64,000 nucleotides of DNA from contig OZ245056.1 of the NCBI GenBank assembly GCA_965224705.1, forward strand, positions 2,656,001 through 2,720,000. The letters are read 5' to 3'. This stretch comes from Spirochaetaceae bacterium. Lineage in GTDB: Bacteria > Spirochaetota > Spirochaetia > DSM-2461. This document shows, in pieces, positions 39,631 to 49,890 of this stretch. A program made the translations under genes and the position numbers. The notes beneath the pieces are model-generated. The model saw only the letters and a list, made by a program, of their open reading frames with translations, searched no databases and had not been told where the DNA came from. Each line of letters starts with the position of its first letter. The first letter of the stretch is position 1.

Positions 39631-40237
39631 TTGAATTGAATACTTCCTCCGGTGCTGGCGATGCATCGACTGTCCGCAAAAGGTTCTGATCACCATACCA
39701 GTCAATCAATGGAGATGTCGCCTCATCATAGACCTTCAGCCTGTTTTCAACGGCATCCAGCGTGTCATCCTTCCGTGTTTGGAGAGCAGCGGCATCATCA
39801 TCGCATATGCCTTCGGATTGCGGTGGAAAGAATTCAATATGGTAGATGCGTCCGCAGACCGGACAGGAGCGTCTGCCGGTGAGGCGCATAATCAGATCCT
39901 TTTTTGAACATTGCAAATTGATTACATGATTGAGTTCTGCTACCTTTGAGAATGCCTTTGCCTGGGATATTGTTCTTGGAAACCCATCAAATATGAATCC
40001 ATCCACGGCATCATCTTTCCTTAATCGATCCTGAACCATTGAAATCGTTATTTCATCAGAAACTAAATCCCCCCTTTCCATAATGGCTTTCACCTGACGG
40101 CCAAGTTCCGTGTTATTGCTGACATGGTACCGGAACAAGTCTCCAGTTGAAATGTGGGGAACCGACAGGAGTTGCTGGGTTTTGACGGCCATTGTTCCTT
40201 TACCGGCTCCAGGGGGGCCAAGAAAAACTAATCGCAT
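39608..40237 (-). CDS. adk: adenylate kinase
   Basis: GPPGAGKGT, STGDLFR, FDGFPRT, RKDD; SD AGGAGG before ATG 40237. Confidence 0.95.
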   Translation of the reverse strand: MRLVFLGPPGAGKGTMAVKTQQLLSVPHISTGDLFRYHVSNNTELGRQVKAIMERGDLVSDEITISMVQDRLRKDDAVDGFIFDGFPRTISQAKAFSKVAELNHVINLQCSKKDLIMRLTGRRSCPVCGRIYHIEFFPPQSEGICDDDAAALQTRKDDTLDAVENRLKVYDEATSPLIDWYGDQNLLRTVDASPAPEEVFNSIRKLLQG

Positions 40238-40289
40238 TGCATTACCTCCTGCTGGATATGATCTGTTTATACTATCCCTGTCATGCGGA

Positions 40290-41597
40290 TCAATCAAGTA
40301 TCAGCACTCTATTGATTCGTATAAACACCGGGAGATCGTTCGTGTCGGCATGGAGGGGAATGGACAATTCCATCGGAAAAATTCGCCGCTCACCCCCTGC
40401 CATCGGAGGAACTTGATCCTTCAAAATACTGTATTCAGTGGGTGTCCAATCTGGATTGAGAAGTACTTCAAATGACAGTTCCTCAATTATCGCCACACCC
40501 GTATTCTCCAGGGCCAGATCCATCAGCAAAACCTGGCGGTCAAAGGCCTCAATTGTACGGCGATTGCGGACTTCGGCTTCCAGGGTACACCCAACCGGCC
40601 TGAGAGTATCCCAGTTGATTCCCACATCAGTTGAAGCTGGGTTAACAAATTCGTTTGAGAATTCTGTTTCCAGGGGCAGTATCTCAATACCCTGTAGATT
40701 TTCTTCACTTTCTGCCAGCCAGCGGAAGGTGTTGAAAGGGAGGGTATCTCCGGAGAGAAGGGAAGGGGTTTTTTTATCCAATACCACCCATGGCATCGAA
40801 AAAAGAACCTTACTGTCCATACCCCTGCCTCGTACGAGTAGTTCCAATTCTTCAATATTGTGTAACTTTGATTTAAAACGTCCAATCATATGGAGATAGG
40901 AATCCTCATTTCGCCGGCCTGTTTCAGAAAATGTGATTTCAGTATTGAGAATGTCATTGTTAACAGATTCAGTGTCTACTGGAACTGGCCGAGGTTCCAG
41001 AACAAATGATTCATACACCTGATCGTTTTCAACCCCTGGCGGAGCTGCGCCGTTCAGGGCCGATACAATGAAATCCCACTGCCACCACATCACCCCGGAA
41101 GAAGAAAGAAACAGCAGTAAGGCTGCAAGGATTAACCGATGCTTTCGGTTTCTGCCAGTATGGAGTCTGATCCATTTGTTTTCAAGAAGAAAGCGGTGGA
41201 GTTCTGAATTACTGGGTTGTAATTCCGATGCGATTCTGACTAACTCAATGATTTTTTTTCTATCCCGAAGAGAGGATCCTCTTCTTCGGGATCGTTTTAG
41301 ATATACTTCAGCCAATTCCACTCTTGGTGCCGCATCTCTGGGCCGCAGTTGAGATGCACGGGCAAGTTCCGCAATAGCCTGCTCGTAGTTTTCTCTGGCA
41401 AATGCCTTTCTGCCTCTGCGAAGATGATTATGCGAGAGTTTGTTCAGTGTATCCGTTTCCCTGCGTGTCAGCCGAAATTCATGCTTGAGAGAATCTAATT
41501 CTGACCTGGAGGGAGGATTGTCTTCCGACCAGTTTTTAAGCCGTTCAATGAATCTTCGAAGAAAGCTTTTTTCCTCTGAAAGATCTTCTTCAATCAT
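40290..41597 (-). CDS. membrane protein with N-terminal TPR-like region
   Basis: TPR-like helix pair, single TM, periplasmic beta-rich region. Confidence 0.6.
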   Translation of the reverse strand: MIEEDLSEEKSFLRRFIERLKNWSEDNPPSRSELDSLKHEFRLTRRETDTLNKLSHNHLRRGRKAFARENYEQAIAELARASQLRPRDAAPRVELAEVYLKRSRRRGSSLRDRKKIIELVRIASELQPSNSELHRFLLENKWIRLHTGRNRKHRLILAALLLFLSSSGVMWWQWDFIVSALNGAAPPGVENDQVYESFVLEPRPVPVDTESVNNDILNTEITFSETGRRNEDSYLHMIGRFKSKLHNIEELELLVRGRGMDSKVLFSMPWVVLDKKTPSLLSGDTLPFNTFRWLAESEENLQGIEILPLETEFSNEFVNPASTDVGINWDTLRPVGCTLEAEVRNRRTIEAFDRQVLLMDLALENTGVAIIEELSFEVLLNPDWTPTEYSILKDQVPPMAGGERRIFPMELSIPLHADTNDLPVFIRINRVLILD

Positions 41598-41674
41598 GTC
41601 TACCTCTTTCCATCAGGCATTCTCAAAAAATGACCGATATACTAGTATGATTAATGGAGCGGTGTTACTCAAGA

Positions 41675-41992
41675 ATGAAAATAGAATTCTTATGTGAGGC
41701 ATGCGGAGCATCTGTGAACTCAAGAGCAGTATCATGCCCGGCCTGCAATCGTCTCTTCAGCGGGGTGCAATGCCCACGATGTCACAGTCGGGGGAATTTC
41801 AGGAAATTCCTTCATGGCTGTAAAACCTGTGGTTTCACAGCCGATACAATTCCTCTGGAGATGATTGATGGCCGTTTTCTTGAAAGAAGATGGTACAGAA
41901 GACCTTCCTGGCCTGCATCCCGTTATTGGACATACAGTGTTCTGCTTCTGATCTCCATAGCAGCAGTTTTGCATTTCTGGATGAATAATTGA
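41675..41992 (+). CDS. zinc-ribbon membrane protein
   Basis: Four CxxC pairs and a C-terminal TM. Confidence 0.7.
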   Translation: MKIEFLCEACGASVNSRAVSCPACNRLFSGVQCPRCHSRGNFRKFLHGCKTCGFTADTIPLEMIDGRFLERRWYRRPSWPASRYWTYSVLLLISIAAVLHFWMNN

Positions 41993-42011
41993 ATTTCGGA
42001 AGAGTTGGCCA

Positions 42012-42563
42012 ATGACTGAGAATTGTATTAACCGTTTAATCATTATGCTCCTCCTGCTTGGATTCAACCTGGCTGTTACTCCCGCCCAGGAATCCGGGAA
42101 ACCCCTGCCGCGAGATTACAGGAGTATTGGACTCGGCATGCCGGTCGGGGAAGTCAAGGATTTACTGTCAAGGGATCCATGGTTTACCTACAGAGGTGAG
42201 GAATCAGTCAGTCTGCTTGAAAGACCGGGAGCTTCCCTGATCGAAGCTGGCGGTTCATTATTCATTCTGCGGGGACTTTTTCATTTTGAAGATGATAAAC
42301 TGGCTTCCATTATATTGGAATTAAATCCTGCGGCGATAGACTGGTATACTGTGTATACGAACCTTGAGGAGAAATACAAAGTTCCCCTTGAAATGAATCC
42401 AAGAAAGGTATGGTGGGAGGATGGATCGACCCGCATGGCATTGGAACGTCCCCTCACAGTGAAATATCTGGACCTGCAGGTCTTTGATGCAGTTCAGGAG
42501 GATGAAACAGACCGAATCGCATGGAGGGAAAGTGCCAGACAGGAATTTATTGATGAATTTTAG
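42012..42563 (+). CDS. exported hypothetical protein
   Basis: Signal peptide; coherent ORF in the operon. Confidence 0.7.
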   Translation: MTENCINRLIIMLLLLGFNLAVTPAQESGKPLPRDYRSIGLGMPVGEVKDLLSRDPWFTYRGEESVSLLERPGASLIEAGGSLFILRGLFHFEDDKLASIILELNPAAIDWYTVYTNLEEKYKVPLEMNPRKVWWEDGSTRMALERPLTVKYLDLQVFDAVQEDETDRIAWRESARQEFIDEF

Positions 42564-43338
42564 GAGTCTGTCGGACTTACGCCTCACGGCTCGATTTTTG
42601 CCCTTTTTTCCTGCTGCTGCGTTGCCAAAATACTCACGTAGCCCAGCTACGCTCCGTTTTTGTCGCCTTGCATCAGGAAAAAATCATCAAAAATCGCCTC
42701 GAAGACTCAAAGTCCGGCAGACTCCTGGGAGCCTGTCGGACTTACGCCTCACGGTTCGATTTTTGCCCTTTTTTCCCGCTGCTGCGTTGCCAAAATGCTC
42801 ACGTAGCCCAGCTACGCTCCGTTTTTGTCGCCTTGCATCAGGAAAAAATCATCAAAAATCGCCTCGAAGACTCAAAGTCCGGCAGACTCCTGGGAGCCTG
42901 CAGATTTCTGGAAGATTCTCTCCATGTGTTTATATTCTTATGGCCGTTCTTATTTCCTGCGGAACCCCGCTGTCAACACAGGAAATCATTGTCGGCGGGC
43001 ACACTCTCAGTGTGGATATTGCGGACACTCAAGAACTTCGCAGCAAAGGACTCATGAACCGCCGCAGTTTACCTGATAATAAAGGCATGCTTTTTGTGTT
43101 TGAGTCTGAATCAAAACCATCCTTCTGGATGAAAGACACAACGATTCCCCTGTCAATAGCATTCATAGCAGCCAATGGAATGATACGTCAGATTGATAGG
43201 CTGGAACCATTATCACTGGAGTCGGTTGTATCAAGGAGAACTGTCCTTTATGCCCTTGAGGTCAACCGCGGATGGTTTGAGGAGAGAAATATTACTCCCG
43301 GGGATATGGTTCAATTTCAGGAGTCCCTCCGCCGTTAG
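42553..43338 (+). CDS. DUF192-family predicted lipoprotein; N-terminus carries two in-frame MITE copies
   Basis: IADT..LRSKGLMNR..GMLFVF..FWMKDT.IPLSIAF..ALEVN.GWF; lipobox-like LISC; real start uncertain. Confidence 0.75.
   Translation: MNFRSLSDLRLTARFLPFFPAAALPKYSRSPATLRFCRLASGKNHQKSPRRLKVRQTPGSLSDLRLTVRFLPFFPAAALPKCSRSPATLRFCRLASGKNHQKSPRRLKVRQTPGSLQISGRFSPCVYILMAVLISCGTPLSTQEIIVGGHTLSVDIADTQELRSKGLMNRRSLPDNKGMLFVFESESKPSFWMKDTTIPLSIAFIAANGMIRQIDRLEPLSLESVVSRRTVLYALEVNRGWFEERNITPGDMVQFQESLRR
42564..42889. mobile_element. two tandem full copies of MITE family B (42564-42724, 42729-42889)
   Basis: 165-bp period, matches 29137-29297; junctions ttag/ctgg/ctgg. Confidence 0.93.
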
Positions 43339-43525
43339 TCTCCGGTGAATTGACAAGCTGATAAACCTTCCTCTCATAGCCCTGCAGCTCTTCTTCAAGA
43401 TCCCGGGATATGGATGATCCTTCGTCAAATAGAGTCATAACTTCTTCCAGGGGGACCTCCCTGTCCCTCATCTTTTCAGCGATTTCCTCTAACCGCAGCA
43501 GCCGCTTTTCAAATCCTTCCATCAT
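43292..43525 (-). CDS. xseB: exodeoxyribonuclease VII small subunit
   Basis: FEKRLLRLEEI..M....PLEE..LFDEG; follows xseA. Confidence 0.88.
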   Translation of the reverse strand: MMEGFEKRLLRLEEIAEKMRDREVPLEEVMTLFDEGSSISRDLEEELQGYERKVYQLVNSPETNGGGTPEIEPYPRE

Positions 43526-44741
43526 TTCCAATCTCCCTTTGATCGGTTTCAATAACTCTGGCCGAAACTTCATCCTCACTGAACCGTATCCCAATGACAT
43601 CCCCTGCGGTCAGCATTCCGGCCGAATAGATGCCCCTGCTATTCTGTGTAACCCTTGCATAGCCTCTCGCAAGAATGGACTGTGGTGACGCATTTGAAAT
43701 AGTTCCAGAAGCTGAATCCAGTCTTTTACGCAGAATTGCCAGCCGTTCATCCGTCCTCATACAGAGTTGACGGAATGCATCATCACTTTGTCTCAGCGCC
43801 AGTTCAATCCTACTCTTGATAAATGAGTTCATTCGGTCAATTGAACAGTGTTCCAGACGGCGGTGGGTGTCGGTGATCCGTTGTGAAAGTACATCGGCAG
43901 CTTCACGGCGAAATCCTCTGACCCGCATCAGGAGATCTTCAGAACGATCACTGACCAGTTCTGCTGCTGCAGAAGGAGTAGCCGCCCTAACATCTGCTGC
44001 AAGGTCGGCCAGACTCACATCAATTTCATGTCCGATACCACAAACGATGGGGATTGGAGATTCAGCAATGCCGCGAACAACAATTTCTTCATTGAATGGC
44101 ATGAGATCCTCCAGAGTTCCACCGCCCCTGGCAAGAATTATCACATCGCCCAGCCTGTAATTCACAGCCCTCTTAAGCTGGTCTGCAATCATTTGTGCTG
44201 CTTCCATTCCCTGGACCGGTGTCGGTAAAATCGTTATCCGGGGTGCGGCTGCCCGCCTGGAAAGCACCTGAAGGATGTCTCTCACAGCGGCACCGGTGGG
44301 GGAGGTTATTACAGCGACTCGCCGGGGGTAGGGAAGCAGGGGACGTTTTCTGTCCTGTTCAAACAATCCTTCCGATGCAAGCTGCTGTTTGCGCTTTTCC
44401 AAAGCCTCCAGCAGAGCCCCGCGTCCAGCTTCCCGTAAGCTGTCAATTATTATCTGATAGCTGCCCCTGGGCGGGTAAACTTCAATTCGTCCCCTAACAA
44501 TAACATTCCTGCCATCAGTCGGCTGAATTCTGATTCCAGCCGCCTGGCCGCGAAACAGAACTGCTGATATCACCGCATGGGAATCCTTAAGAGTGAAGTA
44601 TTGATGTCCGGCACCTGAATGCCGCAGATTTGAAATCTCCCCTTCCACCTCCACCAGTGGGAATGCGGATTGGAGCTGAGTTTTGATGGCATGGGTAAGT
44701 TTACTGACCGACCAGACTGATTGTGTATCATTGTACAGCAT
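43509..44741 (-). CDS. xseA: exodeoxyribonuclease VII large subunit
   Basis: VEGEISN, ITSPTGAAVRD, ARGGGTLEDL, GIGHEID, TPSAAAE. Confidence 0.95.
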   Translation of the reverse strand: MLYNDTQSVWSVSKLTHAIKTQLQSAFPLVEVEGEISNLRHSGAGHQYFTLKDSHAVISAVLFRGQAAGIRIQPTDGRNVIVRGRIEVYPPRGSYQIIIDSLREAGRGALLEALEKRKQQLASEGLFEQDRKRPLLPYPRRVAVITSPTGAAVRDILQVLSRRAAAPRITILPTPVQGMEAAQMIADQLKRAVNYRLGDVIILARGGGTLEDLMPFNEEIVVRGIAESPIPIVCGIGHEIDVSLADLAADVRAATPSAAAELVSDRSEDLLMRVRGFRREAADVLSQRITDTHRRLEHCSIDRMNSFIKSRIELALRQSDDAFRQLCMRTDERLAILRKRLDSASGTISNASPQSILARGYARVTQNSRGIYSAGMLTAGDVIGIRFSEDEVSARVIETDQREIGNDGRI

Positions 44742-44953
44742 TTTTTAATTATCCCGATTTTTAACGAATTTGGGAACAGAGGGTTCCGGTTAAATGTTAT
44801 CAACTGTATCATTGTCAGGATCTAATCGCAGCGGATAAGCCTGTCCCGTGAACCGTCATACTGCATGTCAGCAGCCTGGTGACTTACGGCACCGGATACT
44901 TCTCATTGGGACAGACATCTGAAATATCTCTAAATGCGATAATGGGAGAACTC

Positions 44954-46477
44954 ATGGGCAATCTTGCTGTAATTAACATGATTGGACTGACACCGCACGC
45001 TTATGAATCAGTCTTTGGGGGTCCATCATCTTTGAAGCGGGTTATAAAATGGGCAGAAAATACTCCGGATTATCAGGGAATCATATTCCTTAAAGATTCT
45101 GAATTAAAGCTCATTGAGGTTGAAGAGGGGTATTCCGAGGTGATTCAGCGGGACAGCTGGACAGAAACGGAGTTTATAGATGCTCTGCTTGAGGGACTTT
45201 CCAGATCCAGGGAAAAGAATCCAGAGGCTTTATTTCATATATGGGGAGATTGTCCCCTGGTGGATATTGAATTGACGAAGACATTGTGGGAACTGCATTA
45301 CAAGTACGATGCCGAATACACATTCGCTGATGGATATCCCCATGGACTGACCCCGGAAATTCTTTCACCAGGGTTACTGGCCAGGCTTAAACCTCTTGCC
45401 GTTCAGCGCAGCTGCAGCCTGGAAAGGAACAGTATATTTGAAATTCTCAAAAAAGACATCAACGCCTTTGATATTGAAACGCATCTGTCGCCAATAGACC
45501 TGCGAATGGAGAGAGTTTCCATCTCCTGCGATACGGTGCGCAACAGGAACATTACCGAGGACTTATATGCTGCCGGAGGTATTGATGCAGAAACCCTGTG
45601 CCGGGTTATTCCTGAAAATCGCCATTTACTGCGCAATCTCCCCAGTTACTTTCCCATACAGATAACGAACTACTGCCCCCAATCCTGTTCCTACTGTCCA
45701 TTCCCGCAATTTTCAGGAAATCCAATGGAGGGCAGAGATTTTATGGATCTGTCAAAGTTCAATGATCTATGCCGCCGGATTCACGAATTCGCCGACGATG
45801 CTGTTATAGTTCCTTCCCTGTGGGGCGAACCGGCATCTCATCCTCAAATCGGAGAGATGATTCGCCATGCCCTGAGTTTGAGCAGTACAATTCGTGTTTT
45901 GATTGAGACCTCCGGGATTGGCTGGGACAGGAGTTTACTGGCCGATCTTGCCGGGGAATTCAATGCCGGCCGCCTCATGTGGATTGTCAGTCTTGATACG
46001 GCGGATGAAGGCCTGTATCACACACTGCGCGGAGATGGAATGCATGAGGCTGAAAAAATGGCTGAAACCCTGGCAGAACTCTTCGGCCGCCATTGCTGGA
46101 TGCAGGCCGTAAGGATGAATGAAAATGAAGAAGCCCTGGAAGATTTTCATCATAAGTGGAAGGATGTCGGCGGCGGAGTCATAATCCAGAAACATGATTC
46201 ATACTCTGGTTATCTTGAGAATCGTCAACCGGCAGATCTTTCACCATTGGACCGTTTCCCCTGCTGGCATCTCAAGAGGGACATGCCCATATTGATTGAT
46301 GGTACAGTTCCCATCTGCCGTACCGATCTGGGCCGCAGAGAGAATTCAGGGAATGCTTTTGAAGAGGATTTAGAATTGATATGGTCTCGCGGCATGAAAC
46401 TATACCAGGCTCATGTTGAAAAGAAATACCCTGGGCCCTGTGAGAATTGTGATGAGTTCTACACCTTCAATTTCTAA
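44954..46477 (+). CDS. spiro-SPASM radical SAM protein
   Basis: N-terminal cytidylyltransferase-like GDCPLVD, CPQSCSYC, C-terminal PCWHLKRD..PIC..CENC, ends FYTFNF. Confidence 0.85.
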   Translation: MGNLAVINMIGLTPHAYESVFGGPSSLKRVIKWAENTPDYQGIIFLKDSELKLIEVEEGYSEVIQRDSWTETEFIDALLEGLSRSREKNPEALFHIWGDCPLVDIELTKTLWELHYKYDAEYTFADGYPHGLTPEILSPGLLARLKPLAVQRSCSLERNSIFEILKKDINAFDIETHLSPIDLRMERVSISCDTVRNRNITEDLYAAGGIDAETLCRVIPENRHLLRNLPSYFPIQITNYCPQSCSYCPFPQFSGNPMEGRDFMDLSKFNDLCRRIHEFADDAVIVPSLWGEPASHPQIGEMIRHALSLSSTIRVLIETSGIGWDRSLLADLAGEFNAGRLMWIVSLDTADEGLYHTLRGDGMHEAEKMAETLAELFGRHCWMQAVRMNENEEALEDFHHKWKDVGGGVIIQKHDSYSGYLENRQPADLSPLDRFPCWHLKRDMPILIDGTVPICRTDLGRRENSGNAFEEDLELIWSRGMKLYQAHVEKKYPGPCENCDEFYTFNF

Positions 46478-47435
46478 ACAGAGTCACTTGAATGATGTTA
46501 TCTCCTATACAATTCTTGGTGGAGAAACCCTTGACAGAAAAAAAAAGCCTCAGAATGGTTTTTCAATAATACTTCTCAATAACTGTTCCAATCCTTACAG
46601 AACTCCACTTTTTGATGAACTCGAAAAGATGCAGGCGGTGGAAGTATTGTCTATAGAAACAGACCCTTCCCCCAGGGATGTACTCATGTTGATTCAACAT
46701 TATGACAATTTAAGATTCATTATCTTCAAAAAAGGAACGGATACTGGACACCGTCTGGATACAGCATTCAGTGAAGCCCTCTGTAACCACTGCTATGTCA
46801 TATCACCTGACATGCAGGTGAAGCGGCCCGATGCCATGAATCATCTTTTAACCGAAACAATGGAAAGAGAACAGATTTGCACTGTTCCCGTGATTCAAAA
46901 TCTTGACGGAGAAATCCTTCATACAACTGTTGGTCCGATGCCGACCGCTAGAAACAGGTTTCAAGTTCTACCAACAGCTCCTGGGAAACGGGAGACTCCA
47001 ACACTGTTCCCATGGGATTACTACGGGATGTATAACCTGGAAAAGCACAGGAAACTTGGTGGTTTCGATCATTCAATAAAGGAAAGCTGGTGGCAGCTGT
47101 TGGAGTATGGAATGCGAGCCTGGCTATGGGGGGAGAAGCTGTCGACTCATCCTGAACTCAAGATTGGGCTTCTGGTCGACCTGCCATCCGTCAACACATC
47201 ACCGGGGATGGGGTATCGCCGTTTCTATCTGAAAATTCTTGCCGTTCATCGCCGCAATGGTGGCGGCCGCTTGAGTCGTCTGCAATGGTGGGCTTATCTG
47301 ATAAAATCCGGCGACAGGGATCATTCTGCCAGCTCCGATTGGAAAGAAATCCATCACTGGGTAAGGAAAAACAGCCATCGTTATAAACTTGATGCAATGG
47401 AGCTCAGTGAGCATTGGATATGGGAGGAGAGGTGA
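46452..47435 (+). CDS. glycosyltransferase family 2-like protein
   Basis: GT-A-like pattern (LGGFD..I), overlaps the end of spiro-SPASM. Confidence 0.55.
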   Translation: MSSTPSISKQSHLNDVISYTILGGETLDRKKKPQNGFSIILLNNCSNPYRTPLFDELEKMQAVEVLSIETDPSPRDVLMLIQHYDNLRFIIFKKGTDTGHRLDTAFSEALCNHCYVISPDMQVKRPDAMNHLLTETMEREQICTVPVIQNLDGEILHTTVGPMPTARNRFQVLPTAPGKRETPTLFPWDYYGMYNLEKHRKLGGFDHSIKESWWQLLEYGMRAWLWGEKLSTHPELKIGLLVDLPSVNTSPGMGYRRFYLKILAVHRRNGGGRLSRLQWWAYLIKSGDRDHSASSDWKEIHHWVRKNSHRYKLDAMELSEHWIWEER

Positions 47436-48112
47436 CGGGGGTTTTTCTCCAGGTTCGGCTTGATTCTACCCGCCTCCCTGACAAGGCCCTGCTAAAACTT
47501 GCCGGGAAGACGGTACTGGAACATACAATGAATGCATTAAGCAGTGTTGAAGCCAGCGTTTTCAGCCTTTTAACAACGGAAGATGCGGCTGAAAGACTGC
47601 GGCCCTATGCTGAAGAAGCAAACTGGAACCTCTTCACCGGTCCGAAAGATGATGTTCTGGCCCGCTACCATTCAGCCGGCAGGAAATTCGGGGTTGATCG
47701 AATTGTCAGGGCAACAGGTGATAATCCTCTGGTTTCGGGGGAAATGGCAAACAGGGCATTGGAACTGGCTTCAAGAACAAAGGCTCACTACACAGGCTTC
47801 GCCAGATTACCCCCGGGCTCAGGAGTTGAAATCCTTGATGTCAGTGCACTGAATGAAGCCTTCTTTGAATCGGTCGATACTTATGAACGGGAGCATGTTT
47901 CTCCATTCATCTATCGCAGACCCCATCGATACAGGATTGAAAAACCGGATGCCCCTGTCGACATGCAGGCTCCTGGAACCCGAATCACCCTGGATACGAT
48001 GGATGATTATCGCTTTCTTTCTTCATTGTTCAATGATTTATACTGCGGAACTCCCCCTGAGCTCACCGCTGTTGTACGATGGCTTAAAAAGAATTCTCCT
48101 CATGAAAGCTGA
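47432..48112 (+). CDS. SpsF-like cytidylyltransferase
   Basis: QVRLDSTRLPDKAL, DDVLARY, RATGDNP, EREHV, TLDT.DD. Confidence 0.88.
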   Translation: MTGVFLQVRLDSTRLPDKALLKLAGKTVLEHTMNALSSVEASVFSLLTTEDAAERLRPYAEEANWNLFTGPKDDVLARYHSAGRKFGVDRIVRATGDNPLVSGEMANRALELASRTKAHYTGFARLPPGSGVEILDVSALNEAFFESVDTYEREHVSPFIYRRPHRYRIEKPDAPVDMQAPGTRITLDTMDDYRFLSSLFNDLYCGTPPELTAVVRWLKKNSPHES

Positions 48113-49889
48113 TCAACTGTATCTACGGCCGCTGGATGTAAGGGGAAAGGGATCGGGACATTTCAGACGTTCATACAGTCTGGCCTGTGAATTGCATGCC
48201 GCGAACAACCTCCTGTGTACTCTTATTGTGGACAATCCAGATTCATGGGCCCGGGAAATACCCGGATTTCCGGGAGAAATCCATACAGAATCATTTCAAA
48301 ATATCATCCCGGATACACAGAAAACCACTCTCATCCTTTCAGACATGAGAAACACCCCCCTGTTTGAGCTTCAGCACTTCTCCAGATTCGGCATGCCGGT
48401 GCTTCTGGATGATGATGGCCCTTCCAGGCTCTATGCTCCATTCGTTATTGACAGCATACCCGGTCCCCGTCAAAGTGCGGCCAATATTTCATCTGCATCT
48501 TTGCTGAACCTGCCTCCGCCAAAAAGAATGCCGAATCCTGATGGAGAAATTCTCATAAGTTTTGGAGGACAGGACCCCCATGATCTATCTATTCCTGTTC
48601 TGGATTTCCTGATCAATGTCATGAACATAGAAAGAACGCGAATCTCTGTGACTCTTCCTGCCGGAGCATGGCCGGAAGAACCCCGCCCGCTCTACAATGA
48701 CGTAAAGGTTATCGAGGCACCGGAGAATCTCAAAGAGAAACTTCATCAATACGGCATGGTGTTCTGTTCGTTTGGACTGACCGCCTTTGAGGCATTGGCT
48801 GCCGGCTGCGGTGTGATAATGGTCAATCCCGGTCCGTATCATTCAGCACTTTCAGAATTCACAGGCTTCCCCGGAATAACACATACCGATCAAACAGAGA
48901 TGCGCTTAAGCAGGAAACAGAGCAGACGCCTTAAAACATTACTGGGGGATCCTGAGACGTTGATGAAAACATGGAATGGAATATCAAAAAACTACATGGA
49001 CAATGAGGACAGGCAGGAAATGAGTCATCTTATTCAGAGCATAAATGTCGTTACACCTGTATGTGCCGCCTGTGGAGCATTGCTGCCGGAAGTCATTGCC
49101 CGCTTCTGTCATCGCAGTTATTACAGGTGCAGGGAATGCCGTATGCTGGGATTGTACCTCTTTGAAACCAGAGAAGTGAATTATGGACATGATTACTTTG
49201 GTGAGGAATACCGTCAACAATATGGCCGTACATATCTGGAAGATTTTGATACAATCAAGGCCATGGGTCATTCCCGGCTGAGGCTTGTCAAAAAGTATAG
49301 ACCGGAGGGGAGTCTGCTTGATATCGGCTGTGCATTTGGGCCATTTCTTCAAGCCGCAGAGGAGGATGGATTTGAAGTGTACGGCACCGACATATCCGAA
49401 GTTGGAATAAATCACGTAAAAAACGTGCTTGGTTATCCAGTATTACAGGGACAGTTTCCTGCGATAAATCCTGCGGAAGAATTCAATGTTTTGAGTTTTG
49501 ATGTCGTTTCACTCTGGTATGTCATAGAGCATTTTCCCCAGCTTCATCCTGTCCTTTCCTGTTTATCAACAATTATCTCCCCGGGCGGGATACTGGCTTT
49601 TTCAACTCCCAATGCCTCAGGAGTATCAGCCCGGCTTTCATTAACAGATTTCCTGGAGAACAGCCCTGATGATCACTACACTCTATGGTCTCCACGCAGT
49701 GCGAAGCTGTTCCTAAAAAAATACGGCTTCAAAGTACTCCGGACACGGGTAACAGGGCATCATCCCGAACGTTTTTTCAAAGGAGTGGGAAACAGGTCAA
49801 TCCTGTACAGGATCCTCATGATTTTCAGCAAACTCTTCCGCCTTGGCGATACATTTGAAGTCTATGCCATTAAAAAAAATGGGGACTGA
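48102..49889 (+). CDS. PseG/SpsG-like GT-B domain fused to Zn-binding + class I SAM methyltransferase
   Basis: GSGHFRR, ISFGGQDP, GLTAFEA; CAAC...CREC; LLDIGCAFG, VIEH, STPN. Confidence 0.8.
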   Translation: MKADQLYLRPLDVRGKGSGHFRRSYSLACELHAANNLLCTLIVDNPDSWAREIPGFPGEIHTESFQNIIPDTQKTTLILSDMRNTPLFELQHFSRFGMPVLLDDDGPSRLYAPFVIDSIPGPRQSAANISSASLLNLPPPKRMPNPDGEILISFGGQDPHDLSIPVLDFLINVMNIERTRISVTLPAGAWPEEPRPLYNDVKVIEAPENLKEKLHQYGMVFCSFGLTAFEALAAGCGVIMVNPGPYHSALSEFTGFPGITHTDQTEMRLSRKQSRRLKTLLGDPETLMKTWNGISKNYMDNEDRQEMSHLIQSINVVTPVCAACGALLPEVIARFCHRSYYRCRECRMLGLYLFETREVNYGHDYFGEEYRQQYGRTYLEDFDTIKAMGHSRLRLVKKYRPEGSLLDIGCAFGPFLQAAEEDGFEVYGTDISEVGINHVKNVLGYPVLQGQFPAINPAEEFNVLSFDVVSLWYVIEHFPQLHPVLSCLSTIISPGGILAFSTPNASGVSARLSLTDFLENSPDDHYTLWSPRSAKLFLKKYGFKVLRTRVTGHHPERFFKGVGNRSILYRILMIFSKLFRLGDTFEVYAIKKNGD

Positions 49890-49890
49890 C

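Noticed and set aside
42564..42900. Tandem repeat as a CRISPR array
   Set aside because: Units are 165 bp with no unique spacers, match a dispersed MITE, and no cas genes are present.
42484..43338. 284-aa protein with a novel duplicated 55-aa domain
   Set aside because: The duplicated segment is the translated MITE; the listed start overlaps the upstream gene.
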